Below, piece by piece: positions 8,832 through 17,727 of a stretch of 37,218 nt of DNA; the first letter of the stretch is position 1; every line of letters begins with the position of its first letter. The notes under the pieces were generated by a model. The model did not search any database. It had not been told where the DNA came from and was given only the letters and a program-made list of their open reading frames with translations. A program made the position numbers and the translations under genes. Where the stretch lies: the NCBI GenBank assembly GCA_002787455.1, contig PCWU01000051.1, forward strand, positions 19,217 through 56,434, read 5' to 3'. Source of the stretch: Gallionellaceae bacterium CG11_big_fil_rev_8_21_14_0_20_60_62. GTDB taxonomy: Bacteria > Pseudomonadota > Gammaproteobacteria > Burkholderiales > Gallionellaceae.

Positions 8832-11492
8832 ATGAAAAGCAGTGAGATTCGCCAGAAATTCCTCGACTATTTTGCCTCCAAAGGCCATACCGTCGTACCA
8901 AGCAGTTCGCTGGTGCCGCACGAAGACCCGACGCTGTTGTTCACCAACGCGGGGATGAACCAGTTCAAGGATGTGTTCCTCGGTTTCGACAAGCGACCCT
9001 ATACCCGCGCTACGTCTTCGCAAAAATGTGTGCGCGCCGGCGGCAAGCACAACGACCTGGAAAACGTCGGTTACACCGCACGTCACCACACCTTTTTTGA
9101 AATGCTGGGCAACTTCAGCTTCGGCGATTACTTCAAGCGTGATGCCATCAATTACGCATGGGAGCTGCTGACCGAAGTATTCAAACTGCCCAGGGAAAAA
9201 CTCTACGTCACCGTGTATGCCGAGGATGATGAGGCATACAACATCTGGACCAAGGAGGTCGGTCTGGAAGTCTCCCGCGTGATCCGCATCGGCGACAACA
9301 AGGGCGCGCGCTACGCGTCCGACAACTTCTGGATGATGGGCGACACCGGCCCCTGCGGCCCCTGCACCGAAATTTTCTACGACCACGGCGCGCACATCCC
9401 CGGCGGTTTGCCCGGCACGCCGGAAGAAGACGGCGACCGCTATATCGAAATCTGGAACAACGTGTTCATGCAGTACAACCGCGACGAAGCCGGCGTGATG
9501 CATCCGCTGCCCAAGCCTTCCGTCGATACCGGCATGGGGCTGGAGCGCATCTCGGCGGTGCTGCAAGGCGTACACGCCAACTACGAGATCGACCTGTTTG
9601 TCAGTCTCATTGACGCTGCGCGACGTGAGTTGTGGGCGGTTGCAATAGACGATAGTTTTGCTGCACCACTTAACGACTCATCCTTTGACTCTCCGTCATT
9701 GCGAGTCATCGCAGACCATATCCGCTCATGCGCTTTCTTGGTCTCTGACGGAGTGATTCCTGGTAATGAAGGCCGTGGCTATGTACTGCGACGAATCACA
9801 CGACGCGCAATCCGTCACGGTTACAAGCTCGGTGCTCGAAGACCGTTCTTTTATCGGCTTGTGATAGAGCTCGTCCGTCAGATGGGTGATGCTTATCCTA
9901 ATTTAGCTGCCAATCAACAGCGAGTGATGGATGTGTTGAAGCAAGAAGAAGAACGTTTCTTTCAGACCATCGAACACGGCATGGCCTATCTCGAAGCCGA
10001 TCTGGCCGAGATGGAAAAGACGGGCGTAAAGGTATTCAACGGAGAAATCGCCTTCAAGCTGCACGACACCTACGGCTTCCCGCTTGATCTGACCGCCGAC
10101 ATCTGCCGCGAGCGCGGGGTTACGGTGGACGATGCCGCCTTCAATGCCGCGATGGCGCGCCAGAAGGAACAGGCGCGCGCCGCCGGCAAATTCAAGATGG
10201 CCGCAAATCTCGACTATTCCGGCCCGGCGACCACCTTCCACGGTTACGACACGCTGGAACACAATGGCAACATACTTGCCTTGTACAAGGATGGCACCGA
10301 AGTGAACGAACTGGTCGAAGGCGACCTAGGCGTGGTGGTGCTGGACGACACCCCGTTCTATGCCGAATCCGGCGGCCAAGTCGGCGACAGCGGCGAACTG
10401 CGCAGCGTGCACGGCATCTTTGCAGTCGAGGATACACAGAAGATTCAGGCGGCGGTGTTCGGCCACCACGGCGTGGTGAAGACCGGCAAGCTTTCCGTGG
10501 GTAATGGCGTGAATGCGCGCGTGGACATGCAGGCGCGGGCGCGGACCGAGCGCAACCATTCGGTGACACACCTGATGCACAAGGCTTTGCGCGAGGTGCT
10601 GGGCGCGCATGTGCAACAGAAGGGGTCGCAGGTCGATGCCGACAAGACGCGTTTCGATTTCGTGCAGAACCAGCCGATGACGGATGCCGATATCCGCCGC
10701 GTGGAGGCGCTCGTCAATACGGAGATCCTCGCTAATAGCGCGACCGAAGCCAGCGTGATGCGCATTGAGGATGCGCAGAAGACGGGGGCAATGATGCTGT
10801 TCGGCGAGAAGTACGGCGACGAAGTGCGTGTGCTGTCCATCGGTAGTTCAAAAGAGTTGTGCGGTGGGACGCACGTAAAGCGCACCGGCGACATCGGCCT
10901 GTTCAAGATCGTGGCCGAAAGCGGTGTCGCGGCCGGCATTCGCCGCATCGAAGCGGTGACCGGCGAGGGCGCGCTGGCGCGGGTGCAACAGCAGGAAGAT
11001 CAATTGCAGCAAGTGGCCGATGCGGTAAAAGTGCAACCACAGGAAGCGGCGGCGCGTGTCGCACAGATCATTGATCACGTGAAAATACTGGAGAAGGAGC
11101 TTGCCGCACTGAAATCGAAACTCGCTTCCGCGCAGGGCGACGAATTGGTCGCGCAAGCCCAGGACATCAGCGGGGTGAAAGTGCTGGCTGCCAGGCTGGA
11201 CGGCGCCGATGTGGCGACCCTGCGCGAGACCATGGACAAGCTGCGCGACAAGCTGAAGTCCGCGGCGATTGTGCTGGCTGCGGTGAATGAGGGTAAAGTG
11301 AGTTTGATCGCGGGGGTGACGGCTGATGCGACCGCGAAAGTGAAGGCGGGCGAGTTGGTGAATTTCGTCGCGCAACAAATCGGCGGCAAGGGCGGCGGCA
11401 GACCGGATATGGCGCAGGCGGGGGGCACGCAACCGGAGCATCTGGCCAAAGCGCTGGCCTCGGTTCCGGATTGGGTAAAGTTGAAACTTTGA
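8832..11492 (+). CDS. alaS: Alanine--tRNA ligase (alternative start 8814)
   Basis: [50 protein letters not shown]...ELCGGTH editing motif, [15 protein letters not shown]. Confidence 0.99.
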   Translation: MKSSEIRQKFLDYFASKGHTVVPSSSLVPHEDPTLLFTNAGMNQFKDVFLGFDKRPYTRATSSQKCVRAGGKHNDLENVGYTARHHTFFEMLGNFSFGDYFKRDAINYAWELLTEVFKLPREKLYVTVYAEDDEAYNIWTKEVGLEVSRVIRIGDNKGARYASDNFWMMGDTGPCGPCTEIFYDHGAHIPGGLPGTPEEDGDRYIEIWNNVFMQYNRDEAGVMHPLPKPSVDTGMGLERISAVLQGVHANYEIDLFVSLIDAARRELWAVAIDDSFAAPLNDSSFDSPSLRVIADHIRSCAFLVSDGVIPGNEGRGYVLRRITRRAIRHGYKLGARRPFFYRLVIELVRQMGDAYPNLAANQQRVMDVLKQEEERFFQTIEHGMAYLEADLAEMEKTGVKVFNGEIAFKLHDTYGFPLDLTADICRERGVTVDDAAFNAAMARQKEQARAAGKFKMAANLDYSGPATTFHGYDTLEHNGNILALYKDGTEVNELVEGDLGVVVLDDTPFYAESGGQVGDSGELRSVHGIFAVEDTQKIQAAVFGHHGVVKTGKLSVGNGVNARVDMQARARTERNHSVTHLMHKALREVLGAHVQQKGSQVDADKTRFDFVQNQPMTDADIRRVEALVNTEILANSATEASVMRIEDAQKTGAMMLFGEKYGDEVRVLSIGSSKELCGGTHVKRTGDIGLFKIVAESGVAAGIRRIEAVTGEGALARVQQQEDQLQQVADAVKVQPQEAAARVAQIIDHVKILEKELAALKSKLASAQGDELVAQAQDISGVKVLAARLDGADVATLRETMDKLRDKLKSAAIVLAAVNEGKVSLIAGVTADATAKVKAGELVNFVAQQIGGKGGGRPDMAQAGGTQPEHLAKALASVPDWVKLKL

Positions 11493-11494
11493 TC

Positions 11495-11529
11495 GAATAG
11501 ACGCGTAATTGCCCGTCTGTTCTTGTGTT
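11495..11529 (+). terminator. Possible alaS terminator hairpin
   Basis: GAATAGACG (11495-11503) / CGTCTGTTC (11514-11522) followed by a weak TTGTGTT tail. Confidence 0.35.
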
Positions 11530-11620
11530 CGGGGTTAACGCAACCGGAGTAAATTGACCGGAGTCCATCGGGGATCGGAGTGGGGCTTTCAAACCATAGC
11601 GGACGCTCAAGGGAGAATCG

Positions 11621-12079
11621 ATGCTGATGCAGACCGGCGATACGATTTTGCTGGTGGAAGACGAGGAATCTTCGATCCTGTTGGTGCAGCAGGCGGTGGT
11701 CGCTTGTTCCGGCAATCTGCATTTGGCGGTGGTGCCGGACAGCGTTGCCGCGCTGGATTGGCTTTCGGCCGAAACCTCCCATGGTCATCCGGTGCCGCGC
11801 CTGATTCTGATTGATCTTAAATTACCCAAACTGATTGGTCTGGCGGTGTTGCGCACGCTGCGCATGGATCGGCGATTGCAGCAAGTTCCCGTTGTGGTTT
11901 TTTCGCAAAGCCATGAACCGCCGGATGTGGTGCTGGCTTACCAGATTGGCGCAAACAGCTTCGTACAGAAACCCGGAACCCTGGCGGAATTCAGCCAGTT
12001 AATGGGTGAATTGCTGGCGTTGGGCTGGTTGGGCGAGGCCGGTTTGGGCAAGCCTTTGTCGCAAAGCCTGTCGACATGA
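11621..12079 (+). CDS. Single-domain response regulator (Rcp1-like receiver)
   Basis: ILLVEDEE, LILIDLKLPK (phospho-Asp), GANSFVQKP; GGGAG RBS; ATGA overlap with the next gene. Confidence 0.88.
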   Translation: MLMQTGDTILLVEDEESSILLVQQAVVACSGNLHLAVVPDSVAALDWLSAETSHGHPVPRLILIDLKLPKLIGLAVLRTLRMDRRLQQVPVVVFSQSHEPPDVVLAYQIGANSFVQKPGTLAEFSQLMGELLALGWLGEAGLGKPLSQSLST

Positions 12080-13857
12080 AAGTGTTGCGAACTTTGTTTG
12101 TCGCCACTGCCGGGGCGGATGCGGACCGCGTCGTCCAGGCTTTTGCCGCAAGCGGTTATCGGCTGACACCCTGCCATGCGGTAAATATGCCTTCACTCAA
12201 GGCGTGCCTGCGCGAACTGCCGCAGATCATCTTCATTTTTCCCGGGTCAAGATTATCGATTGAAAAAGTGGTTGCCGTGCTGCGCGCGGGAGAGATGGAT
12301 ATCCCCTTTATTGTCCTGCTGCGTGAGCCGGGCCAACTCAATTTAACCGAGACGATGCAATTGGGCGCGCAGGATTGCGTGGCGCTGGAAGACAGTCAGC
12401 GCCTTGTGCCCACAGTGGAGCGCGAACTGGTGGCAGCTGTTTTACGCTATAACCTGCGCGAACAGATCGTCACCGACCACCTGTTGCAGGAAATCGACCA
12501 GTACATTCTGCATAAATATCCGATGCACGAGGTGGCCGGCCGCATCTGCCAGCGGATGGTTGATTTGTTTGGTTTCAGTTTGGTCTGGCTGGGCATGAAG
12601 GCGGCTGATGGAACGATCGAAATCAGCGACGCGGCGGGGGCGAAAAATTATTTGAAAAATATCGCGGTGAGCTGGGACGATACGCCGCGGGGGGGCGGAC
12701 CGGCCGGGGTTGCGGTGCGCGAGAATCGGCCGGTCGTGCTGAGCACCGATGCGCCGCAGTTTGCACCGTGGCGCGCGCGCGCGGAACAACACGGCCTGCG
12801 CCGTATCCTGGCTATCCCGTTGGGCTTGCATGGCGAAGTCATTGGCGTGCTGCTGATGTATTCGGCGCAGGAGAGCGCTTTTGATTCCTTTGCCGTCAGC
12901 CGGCTTTCCGCGTTTGCCGCGCGCGTCACCGTGGCGATTATCGAGGCAAGGGAACAACAGGAATTGCGCCTGATGGAAGTCGCCATGCGCAATGCTTCTA
13001 ACGCCATGTTTATTACCGATTACGCGGGGAAGGTGGAATGGATGAACCAGGCGCTGACCCGCATCAGCGGCTATACGCGGGAGGAAATCATTGGGCGTAC
13101 ACCGCACGTTTTTTCATCCGGGCTGCATGAGCCGACTTTTTGGCAGGAGATGTGGTTGCGCATCGCCAGTGGCCAGGATTGGCGCGGAGATATCGTTAAC
13201 CGGAAAAAATCGGGGGAGCTGTATACGGTCACCCAGAGTATCTCGCCCCTGTTCGGGGAAAAAGGAGAGCTGATCAATTTTCTGGCGGTGCAGCAGGATA
13301 TTTCGGAAAAGCGCCGCCTGGAGGAAGAGATTCACTATCTCGCCTATCACGATGCACTGACCGAACTGCCGAACCGTATGCTGTTCCAGGACCGGCTGCA
13401 GCAGGAGATCATCCAGGCCAAACGCAACAAAAGCGAATTTGCCGTCCTGTTTATTGATCTTGACGGCTTCAAGGCGGTGAACGACGCGCGCGGACATGCG
13501 ACTGGCGACAATCTGCTGCAGATTGTCGCGCAGCGTTTGCGCGGCTGCGTGCGCGAGGGTGATACGGTGGCCCGCCTCGGGGGCGATGAATTTACCATTC
13601 TGCTGCGCGGGGTGGGGCATGGTGAAGGCTTGCATCGCGTGTTGCGCAAGATCATCAAATTAGTGGCGCAACCGTATGAACTGGGCGAGCACGCGGAAAC
13701 AGTGACGGCCAGCATCGGCATCAGCCTTTATCCGCAAGATGCCACCGGTGTCGAAAAGCTGCTGATCCATGCGGATGAAGCGATGTATCGCGCGAAACAG
13801 GGCGGCAAGAATCGCTGGGTGATCTATGGGCAGGCGGACGTCGTCATGCCCGATTGA
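12076..13857 (+). CDS. Diguanylate cyclase: degenerate receiver-GAF-PAS/PAC-GGDEF
   Basis: HDALTELPNR, FIDLDGFKAVND, REGD-TVARL-GGDEF (intact I-site and A-site), ADEAMYRAK; GAF (GPAGVAVRENRPV...LAIPL); PAS (GYTREEIIG...DISEKR). Confidence 0.92.
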   Translation: MKVLRTLFVATAGADADRVVQAFAASGYRLTPCHAVNMPSLKACLRELPQIIFIFPGSRLSIEKVVAVLRAGEMDIPFIVLLREPGQLNLTETMQLGAQDCVALEDSQRLVPTVERELVAAVLRYNLREQIVTDHLLQEIDQYILHKYPMHEVAGRICQRMVDLFGFSLVWLGMKAADGTIEISDAAGAKNYLKNIAVSWDDTPRGGGPAGVAVRENRPVVLSTDAPQFAPWRARAEQHGLRRILAIPLGLHGEVIGVLLMYSAQESAFDSFAVSRLSAFAARVTVAIIEAREQQELRLMEVAMRNASNAMFITDYAGKVEWMNQALTRISGYTREEIIGRTPHVFSSGLHEPTFWQEMWLRIASGQDWRGDIVNRKKSGELYTVTQSISPLFGEKGELINFLAVQQDISEKRRLEEEIHYLAYHDALTELPNRMLFQDRLQQEIIQAKRNKSEFAVLFIDLDGFKAVNDARGHATGDNLLQIVAQRLRGCVREGDTVARLGGDEFTILLRGVGHGEGLHRVLRKIIKLVAQPYELGEHAETVTASIGISLYPQDATGVEKLLIHADEAMYRAKQGGKNRWVIYGQADVVMPD

Positions 13858-13870
13858 GCCGTGCCGGCAA

Positions 13871-14884
13871 TCAACGATCCCCGGGCGGCGGGATGTGTTG
13901 CGCGACGGTTTGCGGCGTCAGCTTCAGCATGCAGTCGAAGTGGCCGAGCGGGCATTCGCGTTTGAAGCAGGGGCTGCAGGGCAAATCAAGCTTCAGAACC
14001 TGTGCCCGCGCTGACAGCGGCGGGGTAAATTGCGGGCTGCTGGAACCGAAGATCGCCAGCAGCGGACGGTTTAGCGCGGCCGCGATGTGCATCAATCCGG
14101 AGTCGTTGCTGACGACCAGATCGGCCCCCGCCAGCAGCGCGATTGCCTCGGCCAGATCGGTGTCGCCGCACAGATTTCGCGCCCGCCGATTGCCCAAGGC
14201 GACTATCTTTTCGCCCAGTTCCCTGTCCTTGGGCGAGCCGATCAGCCATACCTGATAACCTCTACCAAGCAATTGTTGCGCCAGTTCGGCATAGTAGTGC
14301 GCTGGCCAGCGTTTGGCCGGTCCGTATTCCGCGCCGGGGCAAAACACGGCAATCGGCCGGTCATGCGAAAGTTTGAATTTGGCCAGCGCGGCAGCCTGTT
14401 CTTCCGCGGAGATTTGCAGCCGTGGCGCGGGCACCGGGCGTGCCACTTCTGTCCCCTTGGCTTCGGCCAGCGCGGCGAAGCGTTCCACCATCAGCGGCAG
14501 TTTGGTTCTGCTCAAGCGGCGCGCATCGTTGAGCAGACCGAAGCGGGCTTCGCTGATGAAGCCGGTGCGCAGGGGAATATTGGCAAAGTAAGGCAGCAGT
14601 GCGGATTTCCAGGAGTTGGGCAGCACGATGGTCTGGTCATAGCCGCCGGCACGCAACTGCGCCCCCAGTTTTCGCCGCGCCCCCAACGCCAATGAACCGT
14701 GGGCAAACGGGTTGGGAATGATCGTGTGCACCTGCGGCATCAGGCGCAGGAGTTTTTCCGTCCAGGGCGGCGCGAACACGTCGATTTGCGCCCCGGGATG
14801 GCGCTGATGCAACCGCTCCAGCATCGGTTGCATCAGCACGCAATCACCCACCCAACTGGGGGTGACGACGAGAATTTTTTTCAT
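13871..14884 (-). CDS. waaF: Lipopolysaccharide heptosyltransferase II
   Basis: MKKILVVTPSWVGD, LPNSWKSAL, CPGAEYGPAKRWP, NDSGLMHIAAA; start set at 14884 because the longer ORF overlaps the upstream gene. Confidence 0.95.
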   Translation of the reverse strand: MKKILVVTPSWVGDCVLMQPMLERLHQRHPGAQIDVFAPPWTEKLLRLMPQVHTIIPNPFAHGSLALGARRKLGAQLRAGGYDQTIVLPNSWKSALLPYFANIPLRTGFISEARFGLLNDARRLSRTKLPLMVERFAALAEAKGTEVARPVPAPRLQISAEEQAAALAKFKLSHDRPIAVFCPGAEYGPAKRWPAHYYAELAQQLLGRGYQVWLIGSPKDRELGEKIVALGNRRARNLCGDTDLAEAIALLAGADLVVSNDSGLMHIAAALNRPLLAIFGSSSPQFTPPLSARAQVLKLDLPCSPCFKRECPLGHFDCMLKLTPQTVAQHIPPPGDR

Positions 14885-14930
14885 TGGATGTGAAACGAAT
14901 AGATTGGAGTAATCCCGGCCGTTGTTGGAT

Positions 14931-15131
14931 TTAATGATGGCCTTTTGGTAACTCGCCTTTGAACTTGTACACCGTACCGCAATACGGGCAGGTCGCCTCG
15001 CCCAGTTTTTCCACCGGGATGGCAACGCGCGGGTGGGCGCTCCACAAACTGACTGCCGGGGTCGGGCAAAACAAAGGCAGAGCCGATGCGGTCACTTCGA
15101 CGTAACGCTGCTTGAGCGGGGTATCTGACAT
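14931..15131 (-). CDS. zf-CHCC zinc-finger domain protein
   Basis: LPLFCP...WSAHPRV...CPYCG; GGAG RBS; directly follows ilvE. Confidence 0.88.
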   Translation of the reverse strand: MSDTPLKQRYVEVTASALPLFCPTPAVSLWSAHPRVAIPVEKLGEATCPYCGTVYKFKGELPKGHH

Positions 15132-15151
15132 GATTTCTCCTGAACGTGGAT

Positions 15152-16072
15152 TTAAACGTGCGCCAGCCAGTCGGCGTACTTCGGGTTCTTGCCGCTGACG
15201 ATGTCAAAGAATGCCTGTTGCAAGCGGGTGGTGACAGGGCCGCGGCTGCCGCTGCCGATAACCCGGGTGTCCAGTTCACGGATCGGCGTCACTTCCGCCG
15301 CGGTGCCGGTGAAGAAGGCCTCCTCGGCACAATACACTTCGTCGCGGGTGATGCGCTTCTCGATCAAATCGATTCCCATGTCACTGGCCAGCGTCAGAAT
15401 CGAGTCACGCGTGATGCCTTCCAGGCAGGAGGTCAGATCGGGCGTATAAAGCTTGCCTTTCTTGACGATGAAAATGTTCTCACCCGCTCCTTCCGCGACA
15501 TAGCCGTCCACATCCAGTAGCATCGCCTCGTCATAGCCGTCCTGCGCCACTTCCTGGTGGGCAAGGATGGAATTGGTGTAAGTGCCGACCGATTTGGAGC
15601 GGCACATATTGATGTTGACGTGGTGGCGGGTGAAGCTGGACGTCTTGACGCGGATTCCATTGGCCATCCCTTCCTCGCCCAGATAGGCGCCCCACGACCA
15701 GGCGGCGATGGCGACATGCACGCTGATGTTGGTGGCGGCGATACCCATCCCCTCGGAGCCGAAGAACACGATGGGGCGGATGTAGCAGGATTCCAGCTTG
15801 TTGGCGCGCACCACTTCCTTTTGCGCCTCGATCAGCGTCTGTTTATCGAACGGCATCTTCATCTTGAAAATATAGGCCGAATTGAACAGGCGGTCGGTAT
15901 GCTCCTGCAGGCGGAAAATCGCGGTACCCTGCGTTGTCTTGTATGCCCGCACCCCTTCGAATACCCCCATGCCGTAGTGCAGGGTATGGGTCAGCACGTG
16001 GGTGGTGGCATCGCGCCAGGGGACGAGTTTGCCGTCGTGCCAGATGAAGCCGTCGCGGTCGGACATGGACAT
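15152..16072 (-). CDS. ilvE: Branched-chain amino acid aminotransferase
   Basis: HTLHYGMGVFEGVRAY, YIRP, EGAGENIF, LEGITR, FFTGTAAEVTPI. Confidence 0.97.
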   Translation of the reverse strand: MSMSDRDGFIWHDGKLVPWRDATTHVLTHTLHYGMGVFEGVRAYKTTQGTAIFRLQEHTDRLFNSAYIFKMKMPFDKQTLIEAQKEVVRANKLESCYIRPIVFFGSEGMGIAATNISVHVAIAAWSWGAYLGEEGMANGIRVKTSSFTRHHVNINMCRSKSVGTYTNSILAHQEVAQDGYDEAMLLDVDGYVAEGAGENIFIVKKGKLYTPDLTSCLEGITRDSILTLASDMGIDLIEKRITRDEVYCAEEAFFTGTAAEVTPIRELDTRVIGSGSRGPVTTRLQQAFFDIVSGKNPKYADWLAHV

Positions 16073-16241
16073 GGTGTGGTTCCTTGGGGTTGAATCATCA
16101 ATTTGAAGGGCGCAATTCTAGCCTTTTCCATGCCGATATTGAAGCGCGCCGGGAATTGTTATGCATGCCTCTATCTCTTTCGGCATATTCCCTTTATCAC
16201 GGCTTCGTGCAATCATCCCGCACGTGAACAAGGGAGGCCGT

Positions 16242-17558
16242 GTGGCGCAACATATCAGCTCGCAGGAAATCAAGCCGGGTGTACTGGATTCGCAGGAAGA
16301 CAAGCTGCGCAAGAGCCTGCTCATCTTCACTGCCGCCTTTATGACCTTTGCCGTCATGCTGTGGCTGGCGATCTACTGGGCGATGGGGGTGCAATTCTCC
16401 AGCAATGTGCCGCTCGGCTATCAATTAATTTCGGTCGGTTCGCTGCTGTATTACATGAGGACCCGCAATTTTGTGGTTTTCCGTTTTATCCAGCTTTCTC
16501 TGTTCCTGTTCGCCCCCTTCATCATGCAGTGGAGCATGGGGAGTTCAGTGACCTCGAGCGGGGTGACGCTGTGGGCCTTGTTGGCGCCGATCGGCGCGTT
16601 GGTGGCGGCGAACTGGCGCGAATCGATTCCTTGGTTCTTTGCATACATCGTGCTGACCGCGGTGTCTGGTTTTTTTGACTACATGCTGGGAAACGGCGGC
16701 AGCGGTGGTATTCCGATGAACACCATCGGCCTGTTTTTCGCCCTTAATTTTGCCGCGATGTCCTCCATCCTGTATTTCCTGGTGCGGCATTTCGTCATCG
16801 AGACGGAAAAAATCAAGGAACAACTCGATCGGCAACATGCCTTGCTGGCGGAAGAGCAGAAGAAATCGGAGCGTGTGCTGTTCAATGTGTTGCCGTCGAA
16901 TATCGCCGAGCGCCTGAAGAGCAAAGAGGGGCTGATCGCCGACGGTTATGCGGATGTGACGGTGATGTTCGCTGATCTGGTCAACTTCACCCAACTGACC
17001 GAGCAGATGTCGCCGGAGCAGATGGTGGGCCTGCTGAATGAACTGTTCTCCGAATTTGACGAACTGAGCGAGAAGTTTGGTCTGGAAAAGATCAAGACCA
17101 TCGGTGATGCCTACATGGTGGTGGGCGGGTTGACGCGCGATCGACAGGACTACGCGCACGATATCGTGAACATGGCGCTGGCAATCATCGAGTGCGTGGC
17201 CAGGCACCCGCTTGCCGCCAAGCTTGATCTGGGGGTGCATGTCGGGATCGCTACCGGGCCGGTGGTGGCCGGCGTGATTGGCACCAAACGCTTCATCTAT
17301 GACTTGTGGGGCGACACGGTGAACATCGCCAGCCGACTGACGGACGATGCCAAAGCCGGCCACATTCTCACCGACAAACTGACCTATAACCGCCTGCGCC
17401 ATGATTTTTTGTTTGAGCCGCCCTGTGTGATGAACATCAAGGGCAAGGGCGAGATGGTGTCCTACCGGCTGGTCACCCGCGCGGATATGCAGGATATTTC
17501 CGGCAAAACCAATATCTATCAGTTGCCGCCCAAAGACAGCGCGCCTGCAACAGCCTGA
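16242..17558 (+). CDS. Membrane-anchored class III adenylate cyclase (about six TM helices)
   Basis: VMFADLVNFT, EKIKTIGDAYM, YDLWGDTVNIASRL, KGKG; Lys/Asp specificity pair indicates ATP; GTG 16242 after AGGGAGG (alternative ATG 16161). Confidence 0.9.
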   Translation: MAQHISSQEIKPGVLDSQEDKLRKSLLIFTAAFMTFAVMLWLAIYWAMGVQFSSNVPLGYQLISVGSLLYYMRTRNFVVFRFIQLSLFLFAPFIMQWSMGSSVTSSGVTLWALLAPIGALVAANWRESIPWFFAYIVLTAVSGFFDYMLGNGGSGGIPMNTIGLFFALNFAAMSSILYFLVRHFVIETEKIKEQLDRQHALLAEEQKKSERVLFNVLPSNIAERLKSKEGLIADGYADVTVMFADLVNFTQLTEQMSPEQMVGLLNELFSEFDELSEKFGLEKIKTIGDAYMVVGGLTRDRQDYAHDIVNMALAIIECVARHPLAAKLDLGVHVGIATGPVVAGVIGTKRFIYDLWGDTVNIASRLTDDAKAGHILTDKLTYNRLRHDFLFEPPCVMNIKGKGEMVSYRLVTRADMQDISGKTNIYQLPPKDSAPATA

Positions 17559-17575
17559 TTTCTCCAAAAAAGTAG

Positions 17576-17711
17576 TGGCCCGCGAAAAACACGAAAATCC
17601 CTCAAGCGTTCATTTGGCCATAACGGTTGGCGAGTTCACCCCCGAGGTGAGTTATGAAAAACCGCATAAGCAGTTGGTTTATTACCTGCTCCCCGTGGTT
17701 TTCGTGGACCA
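17576..17711. repeat. Degenerate inverted-repeat element with 9-bp CRCGAAAA units and a central hairpin
   Basis: TGGCCCGCGAAAAACACG (17576-17593) matches the reverse complement of 17694-17711 at 15/18; central TCACC-CCCGA-GGTGA (17636-17650); between convergent genes. Confidence 0.7.
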
Positions 17712-17727
17712 AAAGAGGTTTTTGGGT

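Noticed and set aside
14885-15025. N-terminal extension of waaF in the ORF track
   Set aside because: It overlaps the zf-CHCC gene; WaaF homology begins at MKKILVV (14884).
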